Origin: Felis catus
Lineage: Eukaryota
Direction of reading: 5' to 3'
Assembly (NCBI RefSeq): GCF_018350175.1
Contig: NC_058382.1
Location: 55,740,001 to 55,804,000, forward strand
DNA: 64,000 bases
Shown here: in pieces, positions 37,231-50,294 of the stretch
How positions within the stretch are numbered: position 1 is the first letter of the stretch
How the letters are laid out: each line of letters begins with the position of its first letter
The notes under the pieces: model-generated
Databases searched by the model: none
Seen by the model: only the letters and a program-made list of their open reading frames with translations
Told to the model about the DNA's origin: nothing
Made by a program: the position numbers and the translations under genes

Positions 37231-37869
37231 TTGTCACTGTGCAGAGGGTCTGTGCCCGTGTGAGAGGTGGGCTGCAGCTCTGCCGTTTCTGTGGTCATTA
37301 CTCATGTACAGAGGTTGCTGTCATTCCCTTTAAGCTCTTTACGCCTTCCGTGCAATGCCCCGAGGCCCTTATTCCACGTTACATTTGCCGCTTCCTTGAA
37401 GAACTGTATCAAAATTCTTTTCTTCCAAGAGCCCTTGATGTCTGACTCTTCAGCTTCTCCCTGACCCGGTGCTTCTGGGGCTGGTGGATGGGAGCCACAG
37501 CCCCAGAAGGTTCTCCCTGGGCTCTCCGAGTTGCAGGGTTATAGAGAAGTGTGTAGCTGCCCTTTCTGTAATGCATTGATTTCTTATTATAATTACAGAA
37601 CAGGGTAATTACTGTAGTCATTGCAAGGGCTTGTTTACGGCTCTGTCCATCCTGATTGTTAGTTTCAGACAGTACTCTGGGGCCGTGGATAACTTGCTGG
37701 CCTTCCAAGCTGATTCTTTTCCCTGATTGTATATAATTAGGGCCCGGCAGCAATAGCCTTTTAATTTCTCTTTTCCCATTGAGCCTGATTTTTCAATTCT
37801 TGTGATGCCCCACCAGCCTTGTGTAAACTTGGGAGTAAAGCCCTGATATGCAGAAGGAGGAAGGGAATA

Positions 37870-38110
37870 CGTAGTATAGTGCCCTGGGGCATGCCTCTGC
37901 TGTGATTGGGAACCCAGCTCAGATGTGTACTGCCTGTATGAAGTTGGGCATGTTTCTTAGCCCCTATACACTTTAGTTTCCTCATCTGTACAATATGGAT
38001 AGATAACACCTCCTGAATACAGTTGTGGTGAGGAGAGAATCTCATATCATGTGCTTAGCACCATGCCTGATACCTGAGCCGTGTCTGTTGTATGGTTGTC
38101 ATTGCTGCTA
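37870..38110 (+). mobile_element. MIR
   Basis: ttgggcatgtt...agtttcctcatctgtacaat...gttgtggtgagg...gtgcttagcacc. Confidence 0.8.
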
Positions 38111-38959
38111 GTTCTGCTTGTTCCTTTGAGAAAAGTGAAGCTCAGATTGCAGTCGGCGATTCTGATTGGCTGAACAGTAGCTTCTGCACACCTGTTCCTT
38201 CACCAAGTGTCTTTGAGTATCTCCCCTCCGCCCCACCTCTAGTTGTGATATTGTAGTGAAACCCCGCAACCATTCTAATTCCAACACCAACTGCAATTTT
38301 CCAATAAGCTAAGCCCTTGGTTCAGTTTGGTTGTTGTTCTTGCCGATGCCAACACTCATCAGCTCTGGACCTTCTGAGTCTTCCAAATAACTGGTCTCTG
38401 AGGGGAACAATGCAGACTCAGGCAAAAGGTGGTAAATTATACAAGGGAGTTGTTTTTAGAAAGTTGCCAATATTGAATGAATGGCTGTCTCCACCTCTTC
38501 AGCCTTATTTCTTATCACCAGGTTCCTTGAACTCTACACTTCAACTATTGCATATCCCCAACATTCCATGCTCAAAACCTAGGAGCATATGTGAAGGCTG
38601 TTTTCCACTGTCTGTAAATCTCTTTTAATTTCCTTGTCTTCACTTGGCTGATTTCTATATCCACCACACTGCTCAGGTCTTCCCTTGCTTAACACCCTTC
38701 TCCAAGATTGCCAAGTCTTCAGATATCTATGGAAAACAGTAATATCTCATCATTATCCATTCAGTCTTGTTATTGTTGGTCCTGCTGCTTTTTAAAGCAT
38801 CTCTTTTAAATGCCAGCATTACAACTTAGACAGGGGTTATCCAGGACTCATGGGTGTGAAGAGAAAAGAGAGTACTCTTTCTCTGTTGGCTAAAGGTTTG
38901 ATTATAGACCTCTGTGCTCCATAGTTTTGTGTATCAGCTCTATATGTATAGAACATAAG

Positions 38960-39900
38960 TTCTGTCCATTCACCTATCCATCCATCTAATAATAATATGC
39001 TAATTGAGCGATACAAACCTGAACCAGGGCAAAAGTGAATCCCTGCCTTCAATGAACTCAGAGCCAAACATAAGAGAGAAAGTATATGTACAAAAATTAT
39101 AGAGGGAAGCAAATCAGTCAGTATCGTATGATCAAGGTTTTATGGAAAAACAAAATAGCTTTTCTATTGGCAGTATTGGCAAAAGGAATCTTTAGTAGAG
39201 AATATGGTACTTTAGCTTGACCTGGAAGGAAGGGTAGAATTTCAGTGAAGATGAATTCTTCTAGGCAAAAGAAGAATTAGGGGTAATGGCACCAGAATAA
39301 TATTGGGACATTTCATGCATCCACATGTAGCTTAAAGTATTCAGAAGTGAGGCTGGAGAGCTGGTTATCACAATGAAGGGGAAAGCTAGAGCAGAAGTGT
39401 AGACTACTTTTGGTAGCAGATGGAACTATTGAAAGGTTCTGATGTCAGAGTGACATCAGCAGAGCTGTGCTTCCGGCAAATTTAGTTGGCAATGTTATGC
39501 AAAATTTATTTTAGGGAGATGCCAGAAGTAGCCTAGACATTCTAGGGCAGAGAGTGAGATGTCTGGCTGGATCAACCTGTTGGCAGTTGGCTGTGTCAGA
39601 GAGATGCGTCTGAGGGTGTTCAAGAAGCCACACGCATATGACTTAGATGTTGGGACTTGAGGTTTTGAATGCAAGTAAACAGGGAGGTGCTAAGATTCTG
39701 ACAGAGCAGCCAGTTTGGGAGAAAGACATTGAGCTTTACTTTAGAGAAAGGAATTAGAAGTGTCAGCAAGAACGTTTAGACGGAGGATTCCAGCTGCAGT
39801 GGAAACTGGGCTGGAGCACAGGGGCATTCGTCAGAGCTGGTGCCAGAGTTCAGACTAATTGCTTTAACAGTCTGTAGCGAAGAACAGGAGAGAGATGGAA
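38960..39900 (-). mobile_element. L2 fragment
   Basis: tccattcacctatccatcc..., tccctgccttcaatgaactc..., gaggctggagag...tattgaaaggtt...gtgacatc. Confidence 0.65.
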
Positions 39901-42204
39901 AGCTGATGGTTCTGTTCTTTGGTGTGCAGACTTCTTTATCTTTAGAGGGTCCCACTAGCTAGCTAACAGCTTTCTTGGCCTGAAGACAAAATAAAACAAT
40001 TGCCTCAATAGAGTGATTGAGGCATCTAGAAACATCCAGTGTGGAATAGCTTCCCTCCATCATGAGGCTAGAACATGGATTCAAGGTGTTTGCTGTGCTA
40101 ATCACAGAGCACTTCTGATCAACCACTTGGTGTGCGGCAGCCTTCTTCCTCTCCTCCTGCCCCCAGGAAAGATGATGAAGAACCAGAGTGTTATTTCAAA
40201 GCACATCTCTTATAGGAGCCCCACAGGGAAACAGACTTGCCAGAGCTGTGTGACAACCCTAAGGTAGGGACGTCAGATGAAAGCCAGACTAAGTCTTGAG
40301 GCATATAGGAGTCATAGATCACTCCATTTTCTCTGGAGACCGGATGAGACCATTGTCCCCGAGTCCTTGGGAGTTTACGGTTTTGTATTAAATCGAAGTG
40401 TTTCCTTTTGATGAAGTATTTTATGATGGGTATTGTAAATTACTCTAAGGAAACTTTTAGTCAGCAAGAATTTATGACAATGATAAATTTGGGCTATGTC
40501 TTTTTAAGTGTCTATATGAATGAACACTTTCAAAATTTCCCCAGGTTCTAGTCAAAGATAGAGCCTATTGGTGATTATTTTTGTACTTTCCACGTCTCAA
40601 GTGACTTCTTTTATTAAGATTCCCAAGAATAAGACTTATGATTTATCCTGATGACATATTAACAGCCAGTCATACCAAATACATTTTTCTTTCTTATGTA
40701 CCAGAAAGTATATTCTTGCTGTCAGCCTTTGGGGTACAATGAATTTCAAAAAGTTCTCTGGTGTTTTTCCTCAACATTGAACATTTCTTAGCTTTGCAAG
40801 TTATCAAAATAGTTTGAGGGTCTGGAGAGAGAAAGAAACAGAAATGAAGATAGATGGTGTCTTATCAATAAGACATAGAAAAAGATGAAAGTCATCCTGT
40901 GGCTTTCATTTATGATTGAATTGGGTCAATATTATGGTGAATCCTATTACAGGATAAGAAGGAACACCCCTCCAAATTGCACTCAGCCAAAATCGGTTGG
41001 TTCAGTGACCACACTTAAATATTACCAATATGAAAGAGAACTCATATTTTGCATTAAAAGTTGCTTTCAGGATGGTGTCATTTGGTAAAGAAACACATAA
41101 AATTATTTGAATTTCACAGGGTCCTTTATTGTTTACCTCTTATGCTCTGCTTCTTAGATGTATTTACAGCAGAAAAAGCAATCAAATCACTGGCCACTTG
41201 AGATTTTCCCAAGAGTAGATGAGTCATTCATGACTCATTAGAGGAGGGAAGCATCTTTCATCTATTGCAAAAGGAAAAAACAAAACAAAACAAAACAAAA
41301 AACCAAACCCTTTCTTCTTTCATATAGCATAATTTGTCTTCATCCTTTGTATGCAAGGCCTCACATTTGAATTCAGAGGTCTTAAGAGCAAGTTAAAAAT
41401 ATACAATATGTCCTTTGGGTATTTTGTAAGTACCATCTTTATACAACTAGCTAAGAATTTCCATGTCTCTGTCAGATATCACTTTGACCTTGAAATTTTA
41501 ATTTGGGTTCTTATAAATAGAAGCCAAAAATACATGAGGGCAAAAAGATAAATACTGAAACAACAGGATTTATGTATTTAGTATCTCCTTGACATTTCTG
41601 TTCTAAAGCGAATGTCCCCCCTAAGAAGGGAGGAAAAAGGACATAATGTAGAAATGCAAAAATGTGCAGTGGAATTTGGATTTACTCTCACATCTTTTGA
41701 TGTGCTCATTACTAGACTGTTGATCTCTGTAGAAGAAAGTGCCTAGGATTTGTGCACCGAAAAGGAGTTCTGGGGCAAGTTCTTGCCATATAATTTCTGC
41801 TCTATTGATATTTGATGAATAAATCAGCTTATCAAAACATATTTGAGTGGGTCAGAGTTTAAATTATATACTTTTTTTCTGAATATAATACACACATGAA
41901 TAAGTAGATAATGGAATATATGAGCTACTCTTCTTTCAGAATGTCCAGGAGACTATAGACACTTGGCCGCTTTTCCAAGGAAACTGGCAGATGCTGCTGG
42001 GTCTTCAGAATCACTGCAGTGGGCTAGAGGTTCTAGAACTCATTTGAATGAACTAGAACTGCTTTGAAAGCTACTATAGAGTTCATCTTTTTTAGGACAT
42101 TGTGTTGAATAGGCATTGATTGTTCATTTATTTATCTGTCACTTTTTAGTTCTACTCATTCAACAGCTTTGGCACTGAGTTGGTGCTTCTTTAAGATTGT
42201 TCAG

Positions 42205-42423
42205 TGGGTGTCTGGGTGGCTCAGTTGGTTAAGGGTCTGACATAGGCTCAGGTCATGATCTTGTGGTTCGTGAATTTGGGCCCTGCGTCGGGCTCTGTGC
42301 TGACAGCTCAGAGCCTGGGACCTGCTTTGGATTCTGTGTCTTCCTTTCCCTCTGCACCTCCCTGCTTACACTCTGTCTCTGTCTCTCAAAAATAAATAAA
42401 ACACTAAGAAAAAAAAAAAAAAA
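42205..42423 (+). mobile_element. Can-SINE
   Basis: gggtgtctgggtggctcagttgg...gtgctgacagctcagagcctgg...aaaataaataaaa; degenerate TSD a(a/g)gattg(t/c)tca(g/c)tg. Confidence 0.95.
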
Positions 42424-42549
42424 GGATTGCTCACTGAATAAGTTTGCTTATTTGCTGCCCAGCTAGTACCTTCCCACAAACCTCTTTTTTCCTTACTACT
42501 ATAACACACATGGCATCTCACCCATTTTAGACCAGTGGTGAGGTGAGCT

Positions 42550-42551
<2 letters not shown>

Positions 42552-42598
<47 letters not shown>
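42552..42598. repeat. (TG)n microsatellite
   Basis: seen directly. Confidence 0.97.
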
Positions 42599-42602
<4 letters not shown>

Positions 42603-42926
42603 TGGACTGGGTGTCAGTAACAGTGGGTGTGGGACACTGATGTGATGTGGTGGGTTTCTTGTGAAAGCTTTAATGCAAACTCAAGGCCAGGATGGCCTTG
42701 GGAAACAAAACACATAACGTGGCCAAATCCAACTCCAGGCTTGGAGTACAAAATCAGAGCATCAAACAAATATCACGTGGAGTCTAAATGACCCCTGACA
42801 ATCCTTTGAACTGCTCATAAAGTTCTACATATGGCACCTTCTTCAAACACACGGGGCCAACTTGATGTTTCCCACAGGTGATCCCTACCCAGTGCTCCCC
42901 AGGGGCGCGTGTGCTCTCTTTCCCAC

Positions 42927-43455
42927 TATGATAGGGGAAGATAGGATTCCATAGGCAGAGAGGGAAAGATTAGGGCCTGAGGTCCCTGGGTGGGGAAAAA
43001 CACCTATTTTGGAACAATGCTGGGAGTGTCTGACCACAGCAAACACCCTCAGGCATAAGGTTCATCTTCAAGGACTCCACCTACTCCCTCTCAGGTTTCC
43101 CCTCAGGAATTTGACAGAAGACCACCCCTCATACAATGGAAACTAGCCAATCATGAATGGACACCCATCACCTCGAGATAATCAAGCCAGTAAGGATAGA
43201 ACCTGAGAAGGAACAAGGGGGAAGGGGAGGGGAAGGCCAACCAGAACCTGATAAAAGAAGCACCCTTACCTGTAGTCCTCTGGCGTTCACTTTCCAATAT
43301 TCTCTGTAAAGGGACCTTTCCTACTCTTCTTCCTTTCTGATCTTATACTCTAATAAATTTTGCCTGCTGCTCATTTTGTATCCACCTCTTCATTCTTCAA
43401 AGCGGCAAGACAACAAATCCTGGGTATTGTAAAAAAAAAAAAAAATCCTGCAACA
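42927..43455 (+). mobile_element. ERV1-type solo LTR, ~529 bp
   Basis: 4-bp TSD CCAC at 42923-42926 and 43456-43459; ends ...caaca; CCAAT ~43146, GATAAAA ~43250, AATAAA 43352; 5' TG appears mutated to TA. Confidence 0.8.
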
Positions 43456-43732
43456 CCACCACGCCTTGTCTCCTCCGTTCCCCCATTCTCTCTCTGTTCT
43501 CTCCTTCCTTCTTGGTCAGGTTCATATATTTCAGTTACATGAATTAACTCTAGGATGCTAGACTCTGGGAACTAGGCTGTCAAATCCAGAAATACTCAGA
43601 AAAGCATAAGAAACAGTTAATGAGCAGTGGGCCTCAAAACGGGGTTAGGAAGACAGAGTGTTTGACCTGATGTGGAAGAACGTGGAGGGATGGCAGATCC
43701 AAGTGGTATTCTTTCTAACATGTCTGGTCACT

Positions 43733-43869
43733 GGCCTACTTCAGCTTAGGTCATGATCTCACAGTTCGTGAGTTTGAGCCTCACCTCAGGCTGGGCTCAC
43801 TGCCATCAGCACAGGAGAGCCTGCTTCAGATCCTCTGTCCCCCTCCCTCTCTGCCCCTACCCTGCTCAG

Positions 43870-43905
<36 letters not shown>

Positions 43906-43929
43906 AAAAATAAATAAACATTAAAAAAA
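43733..43929 (+). mobile_element. 5'-truncated Can-SINE
   Basis: ttcagcttaggtcatgatctcacagttcgtgagtttgag...(CT)n...aaaaataaataaacatt. Confidence 0.9.
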
Positions 43930-44174
43930 GGATTTAGCATAGCTTAAGATTCTTTTTACAATTCTCAATGACATACTCAAGTTAAGTCACCTCTTTGAAA
44001 ACAAAAAAGCACTTTTAAGACATATTACCTGAGAATGCAAGTGATTTGCTATGTAGATATTTTGAAAATAATTTCCAGTACAACTTAACAACAATAATAA
44101 TAGCAAAAAATGTTAGAAATGAGAAAAGGATAAATCTGTCATCTTAATATAACAATTCTTGTCATTATTACATA

Positions 44175-44445
44175 TTCCCTCCTCCCTTCCTGTCTCCCTT
44201 CTTCCCTCCTCTCTCTCTTCCTCCCTCCTTCCTTCCTTCCCTCCCTGCCTACCTCCCTCCCTTCTTCCCTCTCTTACTTTCTCCTCTATCTCTTCTTTCC
44301 TTCCCTTCCCTTCCCTTCCCTTCCCTTCCCTTCCCTTCCCTTCCCTTCCCTTCCCCCCCTTTCCCTCCTTCTCCCCTCCCCCCTTCCTTCCTTCCTTCCT
44401 TCCTTCCTTCCTTCCTTCCTTCCTTCCTTCCTTCCTTCCTTCCTT
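44175..44445. repeat. Polypyrimidine (CCCTT)n/(CCTT)n tract
   Basis: seen directly; adjoins the tail of a minus-strand L2 (~44445-45120). Confidence 0.95.
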
Positions 44446-45279
44446 CACATATTTATTTTGTGTCTACTCTTCCCAGATACTCTTTTAGGCCCTGGGGATT
44501 TGATATCACAAAACAAAGATTTCTGCCCTCCTGGAGCTTATAGATATTAAACAAAAGACATAAAAATAAGTAAATTAAATAGTATGTTGGATTCTTTCAA
44601 TTTTACTGGACAGAATAAAAGGTCAGCTAGAGTAATGGGTATGACAGTGCACAGGGGTGGGGATAAGGGACAGGTAATGGTAGTAAGGCAATGGTTAGGG
44701 CAGGTAACCTGTGAGCCAAGCCTTCAAAGAGGAGAGGGAGGTCCCCATGCATATGGATGAAGGAAGAGCAAAAAGAACCACAACCACAAAAGCCTTGAGC
44801 TAGGAGCTTGCCCGGAAAGTTCGAGAAGTAACAAAGAGGCCTGTGTAGCTGGAACAGAATGAGTAAGGGAGGAGGATATAGGAAATGAGCTCAGAAAGGT
44901 AAGATGGGGCCCTATCCCGTAGGACTTTGAGGGCGTCGCCCCTCTGCTCAAGTGGCATCGAACTGAGAAGTTGCAGGAACTGACTTAGAGTTTTAAGGCG
45001 TCCCTCTGGCTGTTCTGTGGAAGATAAAGATGAAAGAAGGTCGATGGTGGCAGCAGGGACACCAATTGGGAAGCCACTATAGTGATGGAGGCAGGAGATG
45101 ACAGCTGCTGTGCCAAGGTGGAGCTGTGGTCCATACCCACCTGTTCTGTATGGTCCTAAACATAATGCGCTGACTTCCTAATGAAGCCTGTGTGCATAGC
45201 ATTGAAAAATAGCAACTTAGGTGTCAGTCCTCCCTTACCCCTCCTGTCACAGGCCATTCAGTTGATGATGGGAGTCAGA

Positions 45280-45720
45280 GTTTGGGTGGAAGCGTGTCTT
45301 GGGCAGTTTTGCTGATCCATTTCCTAGCGTTGGCTGAAAGAGAATATCTATACATTTATCAAATTTCTTCTGATGAACATATTAATGAATCATTAGTGTC
45401 ATTGTTTGCTGCTTCAAGGATTACATGCTTTGTCCACTTACCTTGGCGGAATCTGGTAAACTAAATGTGTTTGAGATTATGAGATTCTTTTCTGCCTAAT
45501 TTATTTTATAAACTGCAAATGTAAATCACGCAGCTCTCACATGCAATTTCAGTCGAGAGGGTAACGGCGACTTTGCCGTAATTGAGACATTCTCACTTGG
45601 GGGGGGGTGCCTGCAGAACCACTGAGTTGGAATGCCATTTCATTTTTTTTTAGAGATGTTTTTAGTTTTAAAAATAATTTCCAGAGTGTAATTTTTGTAA
45701 TTCTAATTTCAATTTATGGC
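45280..45720. promoter_or_regulatory. Candidate conserved non-coding element / enhancer
   Basis: repeat-free; CATTGTT (SOX-like, 45400), TGTTTGC (FOX-like), GTAAATCA (PBX-HOX-like, 45521), several TAAT cores; conservation not tested. Confidence 0.35.
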
Positions 45721-47339
45721 CTAAACATTGCAATGAGCTTTGGGGGGTAGTACAGCTTGCTTTGGATCTCTGTCTGCTAATGTTTCTATTACTGCATCCA
45801 TGGTAAAACAAGAACATTAAAAAAAAAAAAACTTATGACATAAGCACTTTCTGTGTCCTATCATGGGGCACTAAACCCTGCAGGGAAGCTTGTTGTTGTT
45901 TTAGGGAGTGATCTTGTGGTGATAGTGGTAGTTTCACAGCTTTTCCATGGCAAGCAGAACAAAATAGGGCTCTGCGGATCCTGACTAGGAAATGCTAGAA
46001 CTGGAAGGAATCTTAAAGATGGCCCAGACACACCCTCATATTTCGTAGATGAAATCTGAGGCTCAGGCTAGTGAAGTAACCTGATGAAGAGCTGGTACTT
46101 ATATTGTGTTTTCTGATCTTACTAAAGTATGGAGTATATCACACCCTGTGATAGTCTCTATCTGGCCATGTAAGGTGAGTGACATCTAGGTAAATGTAAT
46201 TCTTTTGGGATTTCATTATGAATTTATAATTTATTACCGTGTATTTTATCTTTGCTGCGGCATTCCGTTGAAAGGCTAATTCTTTAGGTTTGATGGGACA
46301 CATTCAGCTTGAAAAAGACAAAAGAGACCAGCTTTAAAGCAACTTTTCTCTCCCTATAGTTAGGACACTAGACAAATGATGAGCAAAATCATTTTCTCAA
46401 AGAGAAGATGCTCAGCTTTGTCTTCCTGAAGCTGAAGTGAGATGCTGTGTCTTGCTGTGCACTGTCATCCTGTAGAGATTGACGATCCTCCCTGCTAGGG
46501 AGCCACAGACTTACAATTCACCAGGAGCAGAGAGCGTCACGCCCCTCTGCAATAGACAGTAATGACGGTAATGAAATAAGGCTGCAGCTCGGACCACAGA
46601 AAAACATCACTGTTGTCAACGGAGGTGTAAACAACCTAATTCACGGTCATGCCAACAGATACCTAAGGGCAATCGTGCATAATGGAATGAACCCAAAGTT
46701 TTCCCCTCCCCCAATGGGGTGCAAATTCTGGTGCTGCTATGTTCTCTAGGGGGTGTTGGACAAGATGTTGGGCCTCTGTTACATCATTTGTGAAATGTGA
46801 ATGGTAGTGCAGGCCTTGTCGAGTGAAACGGCACTTGGGTGCAGAGTCTGACATAGGAGTTCTGTATGACGTCCCATGGGACCATGTGGGGCCTGCTCTG
46901 GAGAGTGCTTCCTTGGCCTGGCACCTCTCAACCTCTGGTAGATAGTGCAGCAGTGAGGTCTGTGTGGGGCTGTGGACCCTGCTCAGGGCACTGGCACCTC
47001 TGCCGGAATGAAGGGGACCAGGTGTCTGCTCTCTCAATCATTGTGTTTTAGAAATACTGAGTTTTACCAGCCACTGATCTGGGTGTGGAGCTCTGCTGGC
47101 AACTAAAATCGGAATTCCTGATAAATTAATCCTGTGGTCCCTCAAGGTGAGGCTACCCCCATTGTCCATACCGCCCTGGTGATTAGCGTATTAGGCAGTG
47201 TTCAGAATGGCCCCTGACTTTTTCTTTTGTGAGTTTCTCCAGAAGTAAATGGACTTCTGCCTCTGATTTCTGAGTGGATCCCAATAGCAGGGATCTGGTT
47301 ACCTGTATGCCTTTTCTTTGGGTGAAGGAGGCATTGCTA

Positions 47340-47765
47340 CACTGTGTAGCATCCCCGTAGCCTAGGGGATGCTGTAACCAGCCACCCAGATTCCCTGGAG
47401 GATTGCTGGAGCTCTGCTGACACACAGCCCTTGACATCACCAGCTGTAGGAATTCTGTCCTCCGAAGAGCCTCACTTGGCCCACAGTGGCCCACATCCAA
47501 TGACTGGCTGATGAAGCAAGTGTACTGGTCTCTCATACCATCGTGGGACACCTGTCAAGAACCATCCTGGCTTCACAGCTCCCCATGGGATCAGCCAAGG
47601 CTTTTGTTGAGCATTTCAGCTCACTTGCCCCCTGCATCCAATCCAATCCTGCTTCCATCCTGTCCCTTGCATGGGTGGCAATTCTGTGAGCACTGCCTAA
47701 GAAGCCTACTGTATGCACATATCCTTTTCAAAGCCAGCTTCCCAGAGACCTTGATCTACGACAGT
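47340..47765 (+). mobile_element. LTR16-like ERVL LTR
   Basis: cccacatccaatgactggctga...ccatcctggcttcacagctcccc...cctgcttcc...gcttcccagagacc...acgaca. Confidence 0.75.
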
Positions 47766-47947
47766 CATGATTTCTGTATAAATGGGGTATATACGTATGT
47801 GCATCAAGTTTTCATTGCTCTGTACCTTTAACATCTGCTCCTGAAAATGACCCCACTCTGATATTGCATCTTGCCTTGTATATTCTCTTCATTCCACAGA
47901 TTCTCATTACTCTTATCCTTTTCAGAATTTACTGGCCACTGAATTTT

Positions 47948-48159
47948 TTTTTAATGTTTATTTATTTTTGAGAGAGAGAACGTGACAGAGCATGAACAGG
48001 TGGGGGGAGCAGAGAGACAGGGAGACACAGAATCTGAAGCAGACTCCATGTTCTGAGCTGTAAGTGCAGAGCCCGATGCGGGGCTCAAACGCATGAACCG
48101 TGAGATCATGACCTGAGCCAATGTCGGATGCCTAACCAACTGAGCTACCCAGGCGTCCT
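47948..48159 (-). mobile_element. Can-SINE
   Basis: TSD tac(t/c)ggccactgaatttt at 47930-47947 and 48161-48178. Confidence 0.95.
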
Positions 48160-49795
48160 GTACCGGCCACTGAATTTTAAATTATATCACCTTTTGGGAA
48201 TGATCTGTGTGTCCAGGTGCAGGAGTGAAGGGTGGGGGAGTAGGGCTGGTGCCCAGACTGGGCATTTCAACACTCTGTGGGACAGAACTTTGCACTTCAG
48301 ATGGACAGTTTCAAAGAAGTAAATGTTTTCTTCCCTTTTCGTCTTTAACCCCTTGGCAACTAATAGAGTAGGTTTCTAATGATTAACCATTTTCAAGGAT
48401 TCAAAAGCCCAACCAAGTCAAAAGTGAATTTTATTTTTATTTATTTATTTTTGTGTGTGTGTGTGTGTATGTGTGAATTTTGTTTTAAAAGAACAGTCTG
48501 AAGTTCCGTCAGCGTGTTGGCTGTGTTTTGCTTTGGACGGTGGAGTTGTAGGTCATCTATTTCTGACTGTTACTGTTTCTGTCCCCCCAAATTTTTAGAC
48601 AAAGAACATGTATTACTTTTGTAAATGAAAGTAAAACATTTTAAAGAAAATCCCCTTACTATGTCCTGTGCATAGTAAGCTGCCCCTGACAGCTATGGTA
48701 AGAAAGCCCTAGATGCTTCTGACCTCTCTGAAATGACCCTGATGGTAGGACTTGAGGGCTTTTTGGTCAAGGCAGAAGGAACCACTATAGAATGGGGTAT
48801 GTGTCATGCTATAGCTTGTAATCTCAGAACACTGATTGTTTTCAGCACAGATTACAGAAAAGAAGATGTGAGCATCGAAGGCAGGCTCGGCTGGGAAATT
48901 TCATCTCTGTTTACAGATGTTCATTAACATAACAAAACATTAGTGAATGTTTAGCCTGTACCCTTGTCTGTTCTAAGCAGAGACTGAACGAAAATATGTC
49001 AGAAGTAAGCCAACTAGACTAGAAAGGCATTTTCATACAGAAAAAAGAAAGATGTGAAATATACGGTCACCAAAGAAGGCCACCATGTTTTATTTTGTAA
49101 TTATGAAAATTTGTCTCTTTTGACAGGTGAAATGAATTTAGGCACTCAGGCATGGGGAGAAAGTTGAATTGTCTGAAAATTAAATCAAAGTAAAAATGAA
49201 AAATACAAATGGGTATTTCATATTTGCTAACATAGGAGTCATCTTTTAGATCTGACATTTTGAAGCAATCCCTGAGAAACTTGATAGCTCATACCTCTGA
49301 GTAAATTATGGTCCCGAGCAGTGTGGAAATAATTGAGAATGTTTGTTGTTTTTAAATAAATGTAATAAATCTGGAATGGCGTTAGTAGGCTATAGTATAG
49401 AGAGTACCGTTTTATACCCTGAGATGTGTAACGTGCTGAGATCTGCATCACAGGGAGCTCATTTGTGTAGACATAGTGGATGTGGCAGGACCTGGACCCT
49501 CACACATGTACATTTAGAGAGCCGTGTGGAGTTGACCAAAGAGGAGAGCCGTCCAACAAACATATCACATCTGGCTCCACCGTGTCCTAGAGGTGTGGCC
49601 CAGGGCAAGCCCTTTCCTTCCAAAAAGGGGAATGCTGATGAAACCGGGCCTTCCAGGGACACAGGGAAGATCGATAAGCACTTCTTCCATCATTGCTGTT
49701 ACCATGGGTGTGAAAACACCTTCAACCACAGTGCCTGGCTGTGAGAAGGGCCTTGGTGAATAGTAGTCAAAAATTAATCTGAACACTTTTCATAA

Positions 49796-50025
49796 TCTGT
49801 GTGTTTACTGTGTGTGCTTTGTGTGCATGTGTGCAATTTGTGTGTGTGTGTGTAGTTTGTGTATGTGTACCTTGTATACATGTGCTTTGTATGTGTATGT
49901 TTGCACTTTGCATGTATTCATTGTGTGTGTATGTATGTGAATGGATATAATTTATGTGTCTGTGTGTGCTGTGTGTGTGTACTCTCTTATGTGAATGTGC
50001 ATGTGCGTGTGTGTGTGTACTTTGC
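49796..50025. repeat. Degenerate (TG)n/(TGTA)n tract
   Basis: seen directly. Confidence 0.9.
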
Positions 50026-50080
50026 TTTGGGCATCTTTGAGGAATTAGCCACCCAGGTGCCCCAGCACGGAATCATTCTT

Positions 50081-50294
50081 TTTTTTTTTAAAATGTTTAT
50101 TTAATTTTGAGACAGAGAGAGACAGAGCAGGAGTAAGGGAGGAGCAGAGAGAGAGGGAGACACAGAATCTGAAGCAGGCTTCGGGCTCTGAGCTGTGAGC
50201 ACAGAGCCCTATGTGGAGCTCAAACCCACGAACTGTGAGATCATGACCTGAGCTAAAGTCAGCCACTTAACTGACTGAGCCACCCAGGCACCCC
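50081..50294 (-). mobile_element. Can-SINE
   Basis: typical body; TSD agcac(g/t)gaatcattctt at 50064-50080 and 50295-50311. Confidence 0.95.
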
